A stretch of DNA of 64,000 nt from an uncultured virus (IMG/VR IMGVR_UViG_3300029258_004309) (lineage: Duplodnaviria; Heunggongvirae; Uroviricota; Caudoviricetes), in the IMG/VR virus record IMGVR_UViG_3300029258_004309; one strand, 5' to 3'. A program made the position numbers and the translations under genes. Positions 55,808 to 64,000 of this stretch are shown in pieces; positions within the stretch are counted from its first letter, which is position 1; each line of letters opens with the position of its first letter. A model generated the notes under the pieces. That model ran no database searches, was not told where the DNA came from, and was given only the letters and a program-made list of their open reading frames with translations.

Positions 55808-56353
55808 ATGGAAGAGCGACTTGTAGAAGAAGAACCGAAGGAAGAGCAGAGCAAGCCGCACGAGCGGATCGCGGAGCTCGAGGTGGAGCTGGCAGCGGCC
55901 AAGGCCAAGAAGGCCGACGCAGAAGCCCGCGCGGCCAACCAGAAGGCCTTCGGGGACAAGGCGCGGGCTTGGAGGGAGTGGGTGCAGCTCGGCCTGCTCA
56001 TTCTCGGCCCGGCGCTAGGCGGCTACGCCGTGCTCACGAAGGCCTCGTCCGAGAAGGTGGAGAAGAATTACGATCGGACCAGGGAGGCCATCGAACGGCT
56101 TGACGAGAACGTACAGGAGCAGCACAAGGCCACGAAAGATGCGGTCGACTTCACAGAGAAGGCGACCAAGGCCGTGGCGAGTGCTCTGCCCGTCCCCGCA
56201 ACCTCCGCGGCTCCCTCAGCGGCAGGGGGCACGGGTGGGGGCACCCACCACGCGGCGAGCGACGAGCCCCCTCAGCCGGACATCCCCGATCCCCCGAAGC
56301 TGTCCGAACCAAAACCTCCAGTTGCGCTGCCCCCTGCCTCTGCCGCATTCTGA
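55808..56353 (+). CDS. Membrane protein with coiled coils and a Pro-rich tail
   Basis: Single TM WVQLGLLILGPALGGYAVL. Confidence 0.55.
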   Translation: MEERLVEEEPKEEQSKPHERIAELEVELAAAKAKKADAEARAANQKAFGDKARAWREWVQLGLLILGPALGGYAVLTKASSEKVEKNYDRTREAIERLDENVQEQHKATKDAVDFTEKATKAVASALPVPATSAAPSAAGGTGGGTHHAASDEPPQPDIPDPPKLSEPKPPVALPPASAAF

Positions 56354-56359
56354 GAGCCC

Positions 56360-57568
56360 ATGGGTCGCTACTTCCCCAACCGAACCACTGAGATTCTGCA
56401 GGCCAGCGTCATCAACATCGACATGGTCCAGTGGACCGTGGACGTGTACTCCAAGAAGGTGGGTCGGTGGTTCCCGAATGTGCAGGTCGGCAACATGTAC
56501 TTGCACCACGCCGCCGGCGAGGGCGTCTACGCCGTGCCGGACCTGGGCGCCACGTGCATGATCTGCCTACCCACGGACCTGTCTCCGCCCTTCATCCTGT
56601 CGTACGTCGCGCCGCCCGAGGTGATCAGCGGCGACGAGGTGGACAACCCCGACGAGGAGCTGGCCGAGGAGCTGGCCAAGGACGGCGATGCGCTGGACCA
56701 GGCCGACAGCTCCTCGAGGACGCGTCCTCTCGGCTTCACGTTCGGGTTGCGGCGTGGGCGCGCCAAGCCGGGCGACATCGTCATGCGGGGCAGGGACGGC
56801 AACTTCGTCATCCTGCACCGAGGCGGGGTGCTCCAGCTCGGCGCCAGCGAACTCGCTCAGCGCATCTATCTGCCCCTGCGCAACCTCATCATGGACATGG
56901 CCGAGCGTTACCGCATGACGACGGCTGCCGGCACCATCCGTTGGGGGATGCAGGAGCTCGACTACGAGAAGCGTGAGACCGAATGGATGCAGACGCTTCG
57001 CGTGTTCGCCGATGACGCCTACGCGGACCTTCGGATCGTTTGCGGGCACGTGAACAACCCCGTGCGCCTGCCCGAGGGGGACGACGACAAGGACATCCTC
57101 GACCAGATGCAGTTTGCCGTGAACGCCCCGGTCGTCTACGAGGTCACGCTGCTGCCGGGGGGCAAAGACAGCGGCTTCAACGCTGAGAGCGGCGAGGTCT
57201 ACAAGAAGAGCTACAACCAGATGAAGCTCCAGTGGAAGTTCGACCGTGACGGCAAGGCGTACGGAAGGTTCGATGGTGACGCGTTCCTGAGCTGTCAGAA
57301 GAACCTGTTCGTGCGCGTCAAAGGGAACCTGGACATTCAGTCCAAGGGCGTGGTCAATCTGACGGGCGACGGCAATGCGACGCTCGGGGGCAAGGGCACC
57401 ACCAAGGTCAAGGGGCAGGAAGTCATCTTGGCCGATGGGGCCTTGGGCGTGGCGCGGATGGCCGACCAGGTTGCAATCGTCCTGCCCCCTAGCCTGGCGG
57501 GGCAGGCGGGGCTGCCTGTGCTGTACGGATCGATCATCACCTCGAGCGCCAAGGTCAAGGTGCCCTGA
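56360..57568 (+). CDS. Baseplate spike / gpV-like protein
   Basis: N-terminal OB-fold-like region (GVYAVPDLGATCMI); PGDIVMRGRDGN; C-terminal beta-helix repeats and VARMADQV...GSIITSSAKVKV. Confidence 0.65.
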   Translation: MGRYFPNRTTEILQASVINIDMVQWTVDVYSKKVGRWFPNVQVGNMYLHHAAGEGVYAVPDLGATCMICLPTDLSPPFILSYVAPPEVISGDEVDNPDEELAEELAKDGDALDQADSSSRTRPLGFTFGLRRGRAKPGDIVMRGRDGNFVILHRGGVLQLGASELAQRIYLPLRNLIMDMAERYRMTTAAGTIRWGMQELDYEKRETEWMQTLRVFADDAYADLRIVCGHVNNPVRLPEGDDDKDILDQMQFAVNAPVVYEVTLLPGGKDSGFNAESGEVYKKSYNQMKLQWKFDRDGKAYGRFDGDAFLSCQKNLFVRVKGNLDIQSKGVVNLTGDGNATLGGKGTTKVKGQEVILADGALGVARMADQVAIVLPPSLAGQAGLPVLYGSIITSSAKVKVP

Positions 57569-58176
57569 TGTTCGACGTGCCGCTTACCGACTATCAGCTG
57601 GTTGACGTCAACGTGGGGCTGGCCGCGGCCCTGAGCGTCATCAACCCCTTGGCCTTGTCGCTGGAGGCTTCGCTGTTCGGGGCCTTCGGCCTCGGCCCGT
57701 TGCAACTCGACTTCCAGGCCCGGCTCGACGCAGCGTTGTCGGTGAGCCTGAACTGGAACCCTTCGGCGCAGATCCAGGCGCTGGGAGAGTTGGCCGGTGC
57801 CATCAGCGCCGGGCTCGTCCTGCCGCTCCCAGCGGTCAACGCCAGTGCCGACGCTGCCGCGGACCTCCAGCTCAAGATTGGCGGCATCCAGATCCTGCTC
57901 GACGCCGGCCTTGCCCTCATTCTACCCAGCCTCGATGCGGTGGCGGCCGGACAGGCAGCGCTGAGCGCGAGTCTCGGGTACTTGGTTTGGCACGGTTCAG
58001 GCGCCCAATTGGCCGCCGAGCTGTACCCGGCTATCACGGCCAAGTACGGTACTGCGGGAGGGGTCTACGCCCTCTGCCTGTTCTTTGACGCTGCTGCTTT
58101 CGCCACCATCAGCGGCAACATCTTCGTGGGCATCCCGGGCGTGCCAAACGCCGCCATGTTCAAGACGACCCCGTAG
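57568..58176 (+). CDS. Hydrophobic Ala/Leu-rich virion protein next to the spike gene
   Basis: TGATG-coupled to the spike gene. Confidence 0.55.
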   Translation: MFDVPLTDYQLVDVNVGLAAALSVINPLALSLEASLFGAFGLGPLQLDFQARLDAALSVSLNWNPSAQIQALGELAGAISAGLVLPLPAVNASADAAADLQLKIGGIQILLDAGLALILPSLDAVAAGQAALSASLGYLVWHGSGAQLAAELYPAITAKYGTAGGVYALCLFFDAAAFATISGNIFVGIPGVPNAAMFKTTP

Positions 58177-58240
58177 CGTATTCCGGCATCATCCCGGTCA
58201 TAAGACCGTCGAAGATAGTCTCAGCTACAGGAGGAAACAG

Positions 58241-59665
58241 ATGGGAAGAGCACTGAGCGACGCCGAGCTCATCATCGGCCATTGGTATCTGGTGGGGGGC
58301 CTGAGCGGCCCCCGCTTCTACTGCGTGACCGGCATGCACGACGGCCTGGTGATGCTCGCTGACGGGCTCACCGAGGCGCAGAGTGACCGCAAGAGCTTCA
58401 AGGAGATGGCCGCGCCATTGCGGCGCTTCAGCTACCCCAACGGGACCATCGTAGCCGTCTTCCACGAGTGCGTTCGCAAGGGCGTCGTGGTCGGCATGGG
58501 GTCCTTGCAGGGCCGGCGCATCGTGCAGCTGGTTTTGGGGGACGGCTCGTGGGCGGAGAAGGTGGAGGTCGACACGAAGTGCATCTGCGAGCTCCGAGAC
58601 GTCGGGTGGGCCGAGGATAAGCAGCTCAAGCCCACGAACCACGGAGACTGGGTGGAGTACGGCAGCATGCCCGTGCTCGTGAGCAGGTTCCAAGAGGACA
58701 CCTGCCAGATCCTCCGCTGTCACGTGGCGCCGGACTGGCTGGAGTTCAAGCGCGATCTGCAGCCGGTGGAGACCCGCTACCTTCGCCCGTGGCGTCTACC
58801 CAAGCGCATGATCATCGGACAGAGGGTGATGACCCCGGCGGGCACGGGGGTGCTCGGTCAGCCCTCCGTCAACCTCAACGTGTGGGAGGTCGTCGTGGAG
58901 TCCGACCATCGTCATCTTCTCTTCACGGAGAGGATGCTCATGCCCGTCGAGATCTTCACGAGGTTGCACGAGATTCAGGGCAAGGAAGAGCTCCCCGACT
59001 ACCCGCAGACCATCACCAGTCCTGGGGTGCGTCTTGCGTGCAGGAACATGGTCGACCAGGAGCGGGGCGGCGAGTTCGGTCCTTCTCCGCTCAGCCACCT
59101 GTTCCAGTACTGGGCCGCTCGGGAGATGGCGCACGATACCGTCCTCGACTCTTTGAACATCGCCAAGGCGGCAACGCCCATGCGCAAAGAGCCCCCGTGG
59201 CCAACGTTCGAGAAGGACGCCAAGGGCATCGGACCCGGGGGCATGGTGACGCGCGACGGCAGGCCCATTGGCCGGGTGATGCTGCTGTCCTCGACGCACG
59301 ACTACCTCGACATCCTCTTTTGGCGCGAAGAGTTCAAGAAGCTGGCCCAAGAGGAGGCGCACGCCCCCATCCGGTCGAAGATGGAGGGCGTGAAGGTTGA
59401 CTTCTCGCGGCAGGGGGAGATGGGCGTCGCCTCTCTTCGGGATGCCGCCGCACGCTGGGCGAACTTCGATCCTACGACCGTGACCGACAAACAGCTCATC
59501 GCCGAGCTCAAGGGCGAGACCGCAAACAGAAAGAAGACCGAGCAGGAACTGCGCGGCACCATCGCTGAGCTCCACGCCGAGGTGGAGCAGCTTCGTCAGA
59601 AGCTCATGCTTCACGGCGACCGCGCGCAGACGTGGTGGGATTCCCTCACGAGAAAGAAGGAATGA
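58241..59665 (+). CDS. Hypothetical protein
   Basis: AGGAGG RBS; C-terminal coiled coil. Confidence 0.6.
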   Translation: MGRALSDAELIIGHWYLVGGLSGPRFYCVTGMHDGLVMLADGLTEAQSDRKSFKEMAAPLRRFSYPNGTIVAVFHECVRKGVVVGMGSLQGRRIVQLVLGDGSWAEKVEVDTKCICELRDVGWAEDKQLKPTNHGDWVEYGSMPVLVSRFQEDTCQILRCHVAPDWLEFKRDLQPVETRYLRPWRLPKRMIIGQRVMTPAGTGVLGQPSVNLNVWEVVVESDHRHLLFTERMLMPVEIFTRLHEIQGKEELPDYPQTITSPGVRLACRNMVDQERGGEFGPSPLSHLFQYWAAREMAHDTVLDSLNIAKAATPMRKEPPWPTFEKDAKGIGPGGMVTRDGRPIGRVMLLSSTHDYLDILFWREEFKKLAQEEAHAPIRSKMEGVKVDFSRQGEMGVASLRDAAARWANFDPTTVTDKQLIAELKGETANRKKTEQELRGTIAELHAEVEQLRQKLMLHGDRAQTWWDSLTRKKE

Positions 59666-60003
59666 TGGACGAAGAGCTACTGGCCCGTACGGAGGAGGCC
59701 TTGAAGAAGGTCGACCCTCTCACCGAACCGCTCTGCAGACTCATCCAAGCAAACATCGAAGGCGACACCGACACGGCAGGGGCGGCGCTCGAGGCCCTCA
59801 GCGTGGACCTCACCCCGTTCGAGATCGCCCTGCTGCTGTCCCAAGCCTCGGCAGCCATGGTCGCCATCATCAGCGTCGACACCGGCACCGGGCCCTTGGG
59901 GGTGAGCACCCTGACGCAAGTACTCAGCGTGGTCCACAGCTCGTATGCAGAGGACATCTACAAGGGAATGGCAGGAGGTAGCCATGAAGACAGTGGAAGA
60001 TAG
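59662..60003 (+). CDS. Hypothetical protein
   Basis: Coupled ORF MMDEELL... Confidence 0.5.
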   Translation: MMDEELLARTEEALKKVDPLTEPLCRLIQANIEGDTDTAGAALEALSVDLTPFEIALLLSQASAAMVAIISVDTGTGPLGVSTLTQVLSVVHSSYAEDIYKGMAGGSHEDSGR

Positions 60004-61075
60004 GGTCGTCGCGCACCTCAACGAATGGGCGAAGCTGAATGAGAGGGACGGCATCGACGAGAATCTCGTGCGCGGTCTGACCGCGCTTGCACGGAAGCTG
60101 CTGCCTCCCGTTCTTCGGAACGAGGTAGCCTTTCTTGCGGATCTCGTGGAGAGCGTCGTCGATGCCCCCACGAACAACCCATACTTCCACCTGACCGTCA
60201 TGATCTTCTCCCACTACGTGGAGAAGTGCGAGCTGCCTGAGCCCCCGGACCCGGGCGAGTCCAACGGTCCTGGCGATGAGGTTCTCGCCCACATGTGGAT
60301 GCAGGGCGCCAAGGCCCTGGCCGACGCCTACCAGGGTAAGTCCGTGCTGTACCCTCGAGGCGTGTCGGCCTTCGCCCTCGATGGGTTTTTGCGTGATATC
60401 GCCGTGGAGACGGCGAAGGACAGGGGAGCCGCCACCAAGGACGCGGAGGAGGCCATCAACGCCTGGGTCATGCAGGCGCACGCCTACATGAACTTCGCCG
60501 TGGCGCTCGATGGTCTCCGCACGGCGGCTGAAGAGATGAGCGAAAAGGACCACGCAGCGAACCGCCGGAAGCTGAAGCAGAAGCTCGCGGAGGTCGACAA
60601 GGTTCGGCTCACTTACGTCATCCCGCCCAAGAAGATGCCGAAGACAGAGGCGCAGAAGAACTTCAAGCCTCCGCCTTTCGACAGCCCTGAGCTGATCGTG
60701 CGGGACATGAACGACGCGCCCAAGAGGATGTCTTCGCTACGCCCGGCGGACTGGACGTTCGTCTACCGAATCAGGGCCCTGCTGGCCAACGCGCCGAAGC
60801 CTCGGGTCATCGTCAAGAACCGAGAGCAGAGGGGGCGCTGGGTCCCCATCGAGCTCAAGACGCGCACCGGCAAGCAGCAGTTCGTCTGCACCTACTGCGG
60901 CCGCGTGTCCATCTACCCTGACAAGGAGTGCCCGATCCCGGGCTACGTTCGGGAGGAGCAGGAACGAGTCGACGGCAAGGCCCTCATATACTGGGGGGAC
61001 TGGTTGCCGTGCCACGAACAGGAAGAAGAAGAAGGCAGGAGGGAGGCACATGGAGTACGAGATTCAGCAGGATGA
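59984..61075 (+). CDS. Hypothetical protein with a C-terminal Cys motif
   Basis: AGGAGG RBS; FVCTYCGR. Confidence 0.6.
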   Translation: MKTVEDRVVAHLNEWAKLNERDGIDENLVRGLTALARKLLPPVLRNEVAFLADLVESVVDAPTNNPYFHLTVMIFSHYVEKCELPEPPDPGESNGPGDEVLAHMWMQGAKALADAYQGKSVLYPRGVSAFALDGFLRDIAVETAKDRGAATKDAEEAINAWVMQAHAYMNFAVALDGLRTAAEEMSEKDHAANRRKLKQKLAEVDKVRLTYVIPPKKMPKTEAQKNFKPPPFDSPELIVRDMNDAPKRMSSLRPADWTFVYRIRALLANAPKPRVIVKNREQRGRWVPIELKTRTGKQQFVCTYCGRVSIYPDKECPIPGYVREEQERVDGKALIYWGDWLPCHEQEEEEGRREAHGVRDSAG

Positions 61076-61607
61076 CGCTGCCGAGAACCCGCGGGCCGAG
61101 TTCGACCATCTCGGTACGATACTGTACACGTCGCATCGGTACCTCTTGGGTGACCGGAAGACTGAAGTGGGAGAGATTCATCAGGTGGAGCGCGACGGCA
61201 ACAACATCGTTCTGCCTGTCTACGCCTACATCCACAGTGGCGTCACACTTTCGACCAACTCGTTCGGCTGCCCGTGGGACAGCGGACAGTGCGGCATCAT
61301 CTACGCGACCAAAGAGGACGCCCTCAAGTGGTTCGGCAAGGACGAGATGACGCCTGAACTCGGCAAGTTGGTGGAGGAGACACTGAAGAAGGAGGTGGAA
61401 GAGTTCAGCCTGTACCTCTCGGGTGGGGTGCTGGCGTGGGTAGTGCGGGACAGCGCCGGCGACATCCTCGAGAGCGTGGGCGGCTACTACGATCGAGAGT
61501 GTGCGGAGGCCGACGCGAAGGCGGCGTTGGAGGGCTACTTGCACAAGCGAGGCAGAAAGAACGAGATCGAGGTCACGTGCCTCGGGGAGCCGGAGGGAGC
61601 AGCATGA
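61050..61607 (+). CDS. Conserved-looking phage hypothetical protein
   Basis: NPRAEFDHLG...LPVYAYIHSGVTLST..FGCPWDSGQCGIIY...ESVGGYY. Confidence 0.7.
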   Translation: MEYEIQQDDAAENPRAEFDHLGTILYTSHRYLLGDRKTEVGEIHQVERDGNNIVLPVYAYIHSGVTLSTNSFGCPWDSGQCGIIYATKEDALKWFGKDEMTPELGKLVEETLKKEVEEFSLYLSGGVLAWVVRDSAGDILESVGGYYDRECAEADAKAALEGYLHKRGRKNEIEVTCLGEPEGAA

Positions 61608-62038
61608 AGGAGAACAACAGCATGGCGTGGGCCGAAGGACAGGCCCAAGGCAGTCAACACCCTCGGGAGGACTTGGCCATCGCCTTGGCCAATCAACAGG
61701 TCCTGTCCGCCGAGAAGGGCAAGGCCCTCATTCAGCTGCAAGATGCCAAGGAGCGCATCCGCAAGCTCGAGGCCCAGCTCACGGCGCCGCGCCGTCCCTT
61801 GGCCGACTTCGTGGCCTTGATGGAGTGCCGCCTCAGAGACAACGACCACAAGGGAGAGCAGGGTTGGAGGAGCGACCTGCCTGCGGAGCTGTACCAGCAC
61901 CTGCTCAAGGAAGTCGTCGAGCTGCACGCCGCCATCCTCGATGGCCGCGGCGTCCCCAAGGAAGCGGCGGACGTCGCGAACATGGCGATGATGATCGCCG
62001 ACGAGTGGAACGATGGCACCGGCTTCGGGCGAGGGTGA
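61604..62038 (+). CDS. MazG-like nucleotide pyrophosphohydrolase-fold protein
   Basis: LLKEVVEL...KEAADVANMAMMIAD (ExxE...ExxD). Confidence 0.6.
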   Translation: MKENNSMAWAEGQAQGSQHPREDLAIALANQQVLSAEKGKALIQLQDAKERIRKLEAQLTAPRRPLADFVALMECRLRDNDHKGEQGWRSDLPAELYQHLLKEVVELHAAILDGRGVPKEAADVANMAMMIADEWNDGTGFGRG

Positions 62039-62237
62039 CGGCACCGTCCTGCGTTTTCCGGCGTTCATTGGGATACGGCAGGACACCCCTGACGGCCCCA
62101 TTCTCGGCACCATCGATCTCGACCTGCAGGTTGCCCATCTGCCCAAGCACGTTCAGAGGCACGTGGCTCGGGCTCTTCAGGGCAGCGGTTTGGCCATCGT
62201 GATGTCGAAGGCGGAGTACGAGGGTACCCGCACCTGA
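62013..62237 (+). CDS. Hypothetical protein
   Basis: 74-aa ORF. Confidence 0.4.
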   Translation: MAPASGEGDGTVLRFPAFIGIRQDTPDGPILGTIDLDLQVAHLPKHVQRHVARALQGSGLAIVMSKAEYEGTRT

Positions 62238-62361
62238 AGCCCCGGCGTTCTGTCGGGCAAGACGCGGCAGCCAGCTCGCGTCTTTCTACCCACCAACTTC
62301 CCTCCCTTCCAGGGAATAAGAGCGATGCTAGCCATCCAGTAGACACAGAAGGGAGACCACT

Positions 62362-62739
62362 ATGACAGAGCGCAACTGGTACGAGATCGTCGAGTGCAAC
62401 CAATGCCGGCAGCACAGCAACCGGGGAACGGAGATCAGCAGCGGGCATGGGTCCATCACGTTCAAGAGTGTCGAGGAAAGGGCCCCGCAGGTCCACCTGC
62501 GCCTCGACTCGGAGGACTACGACTTGTTCGTGCGGCAGGTCAGCAGCAAGAGCTGCGCTCTGCCCGCGAACATGGTCCTGAGGTTCCAGGTGCAGGAGCT
62601 GCTCTGCAAGCACGGAGATGACCCTTGGACAGTCGTCATGCGCCCGCACGACGGCGACAGGTTCGAGTTCGACGTGTCCATGGAAGAGGGCCTCATCCTC
62701 ATGCGCGAGATGCTCGAGGACATGGAGGACAACTACTGA
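62362..62739 (+). CDS. Hypothetical protein
   Basis: GGGAG RBS; CNQC. Confidence 0.55.
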   Translation: MTERNWYEIVECNQCRQHSNRGTEISSGHGSITFKSVEERAPQVHLRLDSEDYDLFVRQVSSKSCALPANMVLRFQVQELLCKHGDDPWTVVMRPHDGDRFEFDVSMEEGLILMREMLEDMEDNY

Positions 62740-62966
62740 TGCCCATCACGTACGACGACGCCGTGCGGGCGTGCTTGGGCGACCCTGCGTTTCTCGAGGA
62801 GTACGACCGGCTGCGGGGCACCACCTTCAGCCAGCGCGGCTCCATCAAGAACCTCATCGACCAGGCCACTGGCAAGTACGACGCGGATGCCAAGGAGCTC
62901 GCCTTCTTCATCCGCGACCACATCTGGCGCCCGGCCGTCGAGCTGGAGAGGAGAGCAGATGAGTGA
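62739..62966 (+). CDS. Hypothetical protein
   Basis: TGATG-coupled ORF MPITYDD... Confidence 0.55.
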   Translation: MPITYDDAVRACLGDPAFLEEYDRLRGTTFSQRGSIKNLIDQATGKYDADAKELAFFIRDHIWRPAVELERRADE

Positions 62967-63252
62967 CATGAAGAAGGTAACAGAAGAACAGTTCATGACG
63001 TTGACGGGTACCGAGATGCTCGGCCACCCCGCCCTGCACGACAACCAGGAGTTCTACGCCGGCGACAGGGCGTGGTGCATCCTCGTGCGTGACCGGGTCG
63101 ACAACGACTTCGGCTTCGTCATCTTCGAGCGTACCCGGGACGGCGTCGAGCCGAGCGAGGTCGCCACGTCCATCGACGACAAGGACAAGGCGCGCGAGCT
63201 CATGCTCGAGCGCGCGGGCAAGCAGAACAAGAAGTACGAGGACCTGAACTAG
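62959..63252 (+). CDS. Hypothetical protein
   Basis: Coupled ORF MSDMKKVT... Confidence 0.55.
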   Translation: MSDMKKVTEEQFMTLTGTEMLGHPALHDNQEFYAGDRAWCILVRDRVDNDFGFVIFERTRDGVEPSEVATSIDDKDKARELMLERAGKQNKKYEDLN

Positions 63253-63260
63253 GAGGGCCT

Positions 63261-63704
63261 ATGAAAGTCGAGTGCAAGTACATCATCTGGCAAGAGAAGA
63301 CCGACCAGCTCCTGCTCATGGCCACCGGCAACAAGAGCTGGCGCGGCGTCCTGTCCTTCGAAGGCGCCACGCCGACGCGCTTCGACGGCACCAGCGAGCA
63401 GGACGTGCTCGACCGCATGAAGAGCTACGTTCGCAAGACCATCGACGACGTGCTCGGTGGGGTCATCGAAGGCACCCTCAGGCAGGGCTCGTTCGTTCAC
63501 GACCACGAGGTGGAGGAAGCGCCCCGTCTCGGTTGCACCGTGACCATCCGGGGGATCGATGTGGACGAGGCGTACTGGGGCACGGACCTGTCGCGCAGCC
63601 ACGTCCACGACAACAAGGCCCTCGTCGCCGAGCTTCGTCGTTTGGCCGACGTGCTCGATGATGACGAGGTCGGGAGCGCCGACGTCATCATCATCCGGAG
63701 GTAG
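63261..63704 (+). CDS. Hypothetical protein
   Basis: AGGAGG RBS; 147 aa. Confidence 0.55.
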   Translation: MKVECKYIIWQEKTDQLLLMATGNKSWRGVLSFEGATPTRFDGTSEQDVLDRMKSYVRKTIDDVLGGVIEGTLRQGSFVHDHEVEEAPRLGCTVTIRGIDVDEAYWGTDLSRSHVHDNKALVAELRRLADVLDDDEVGSADVIIIRR

Positions 63705-64000
63705 CCATGGACGTCAAACAGAAGATAGCAGACCTGCGTGCCTGCGGCGCCTCGAGGAGAACGCCGCTGAGGACTACATCCGCTACCACGGCAGAGAGAC
63801 GGGCGTTGCGGAGGCGTAGCCGAGGGAGATGAGGACATATGGATGGCCCTGCACCTCTTGCAAGAGCTGCACTACAAAGACTCTCTCAAGTCGCTCCCAG
63901 TTACGACACGTGTCAGGCCTTCAGGTCGTATGCGGGGCGTAGTTCAAAACAAGCCCGACGCTTTTCGGCTGATCTCCGGAGGGCTGACGCGCGGGTACCC

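Noticed and set aside
1..64000. Stop-codon reassignment
   Set aside because: Long genes are intact in the standard code; TAA, TAG and TGA all end genes; no suppressor tRNA seen

Overview
This is a 64-kb segment of a large, GC-rich tailed dsDNA bacteriophage. No host housekeeping context is visible. It holds six modules. (1) A tail, baseplate and putative lysis block (0-13.4 kb). (2) A minus-strand replication/recombination block (18-33 kb): RusA, Cas4-like nuclease, RecA-like ATPase, family A DNA polymerase, SSB-like protein, primase, DnaB-like helicase, family 4 UDG and an SF2 helicase. (3) A head block with the portal (33.5-38.8 kb). (4) A ~2136-aa single-chain fusion of the RNA polymerase beta and beta' subunits (40.8-47.2 kb). 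(5) Many small early-type genes, including thyX. (6) A dense non-coding RNA cluster (52.5-54.9 kb). The cluster holds a tmRNA, an HNH endonuclease, two CAU tRNAs, two aberrant tRNA-like elements and several unassigned structured RNAs. Its most striking element is a ~427-nt RNA (54421-54847) that appears to mimic the translation-factor-binding centre of 23S rRNA: a split GTPase-associated centre (H43/H44) enclosing a sarcin-ricin-loop-like hairpin. Two promoter classes appear to partition the genes: sigma70-like boxes before structural genes and the RNAP gene, and an RGNCAYAAG motif before early/replication genes. Several single-base frameshifts are probably sequence errors. All calls come from reading motifs by eye; no database search or folding computation was run.
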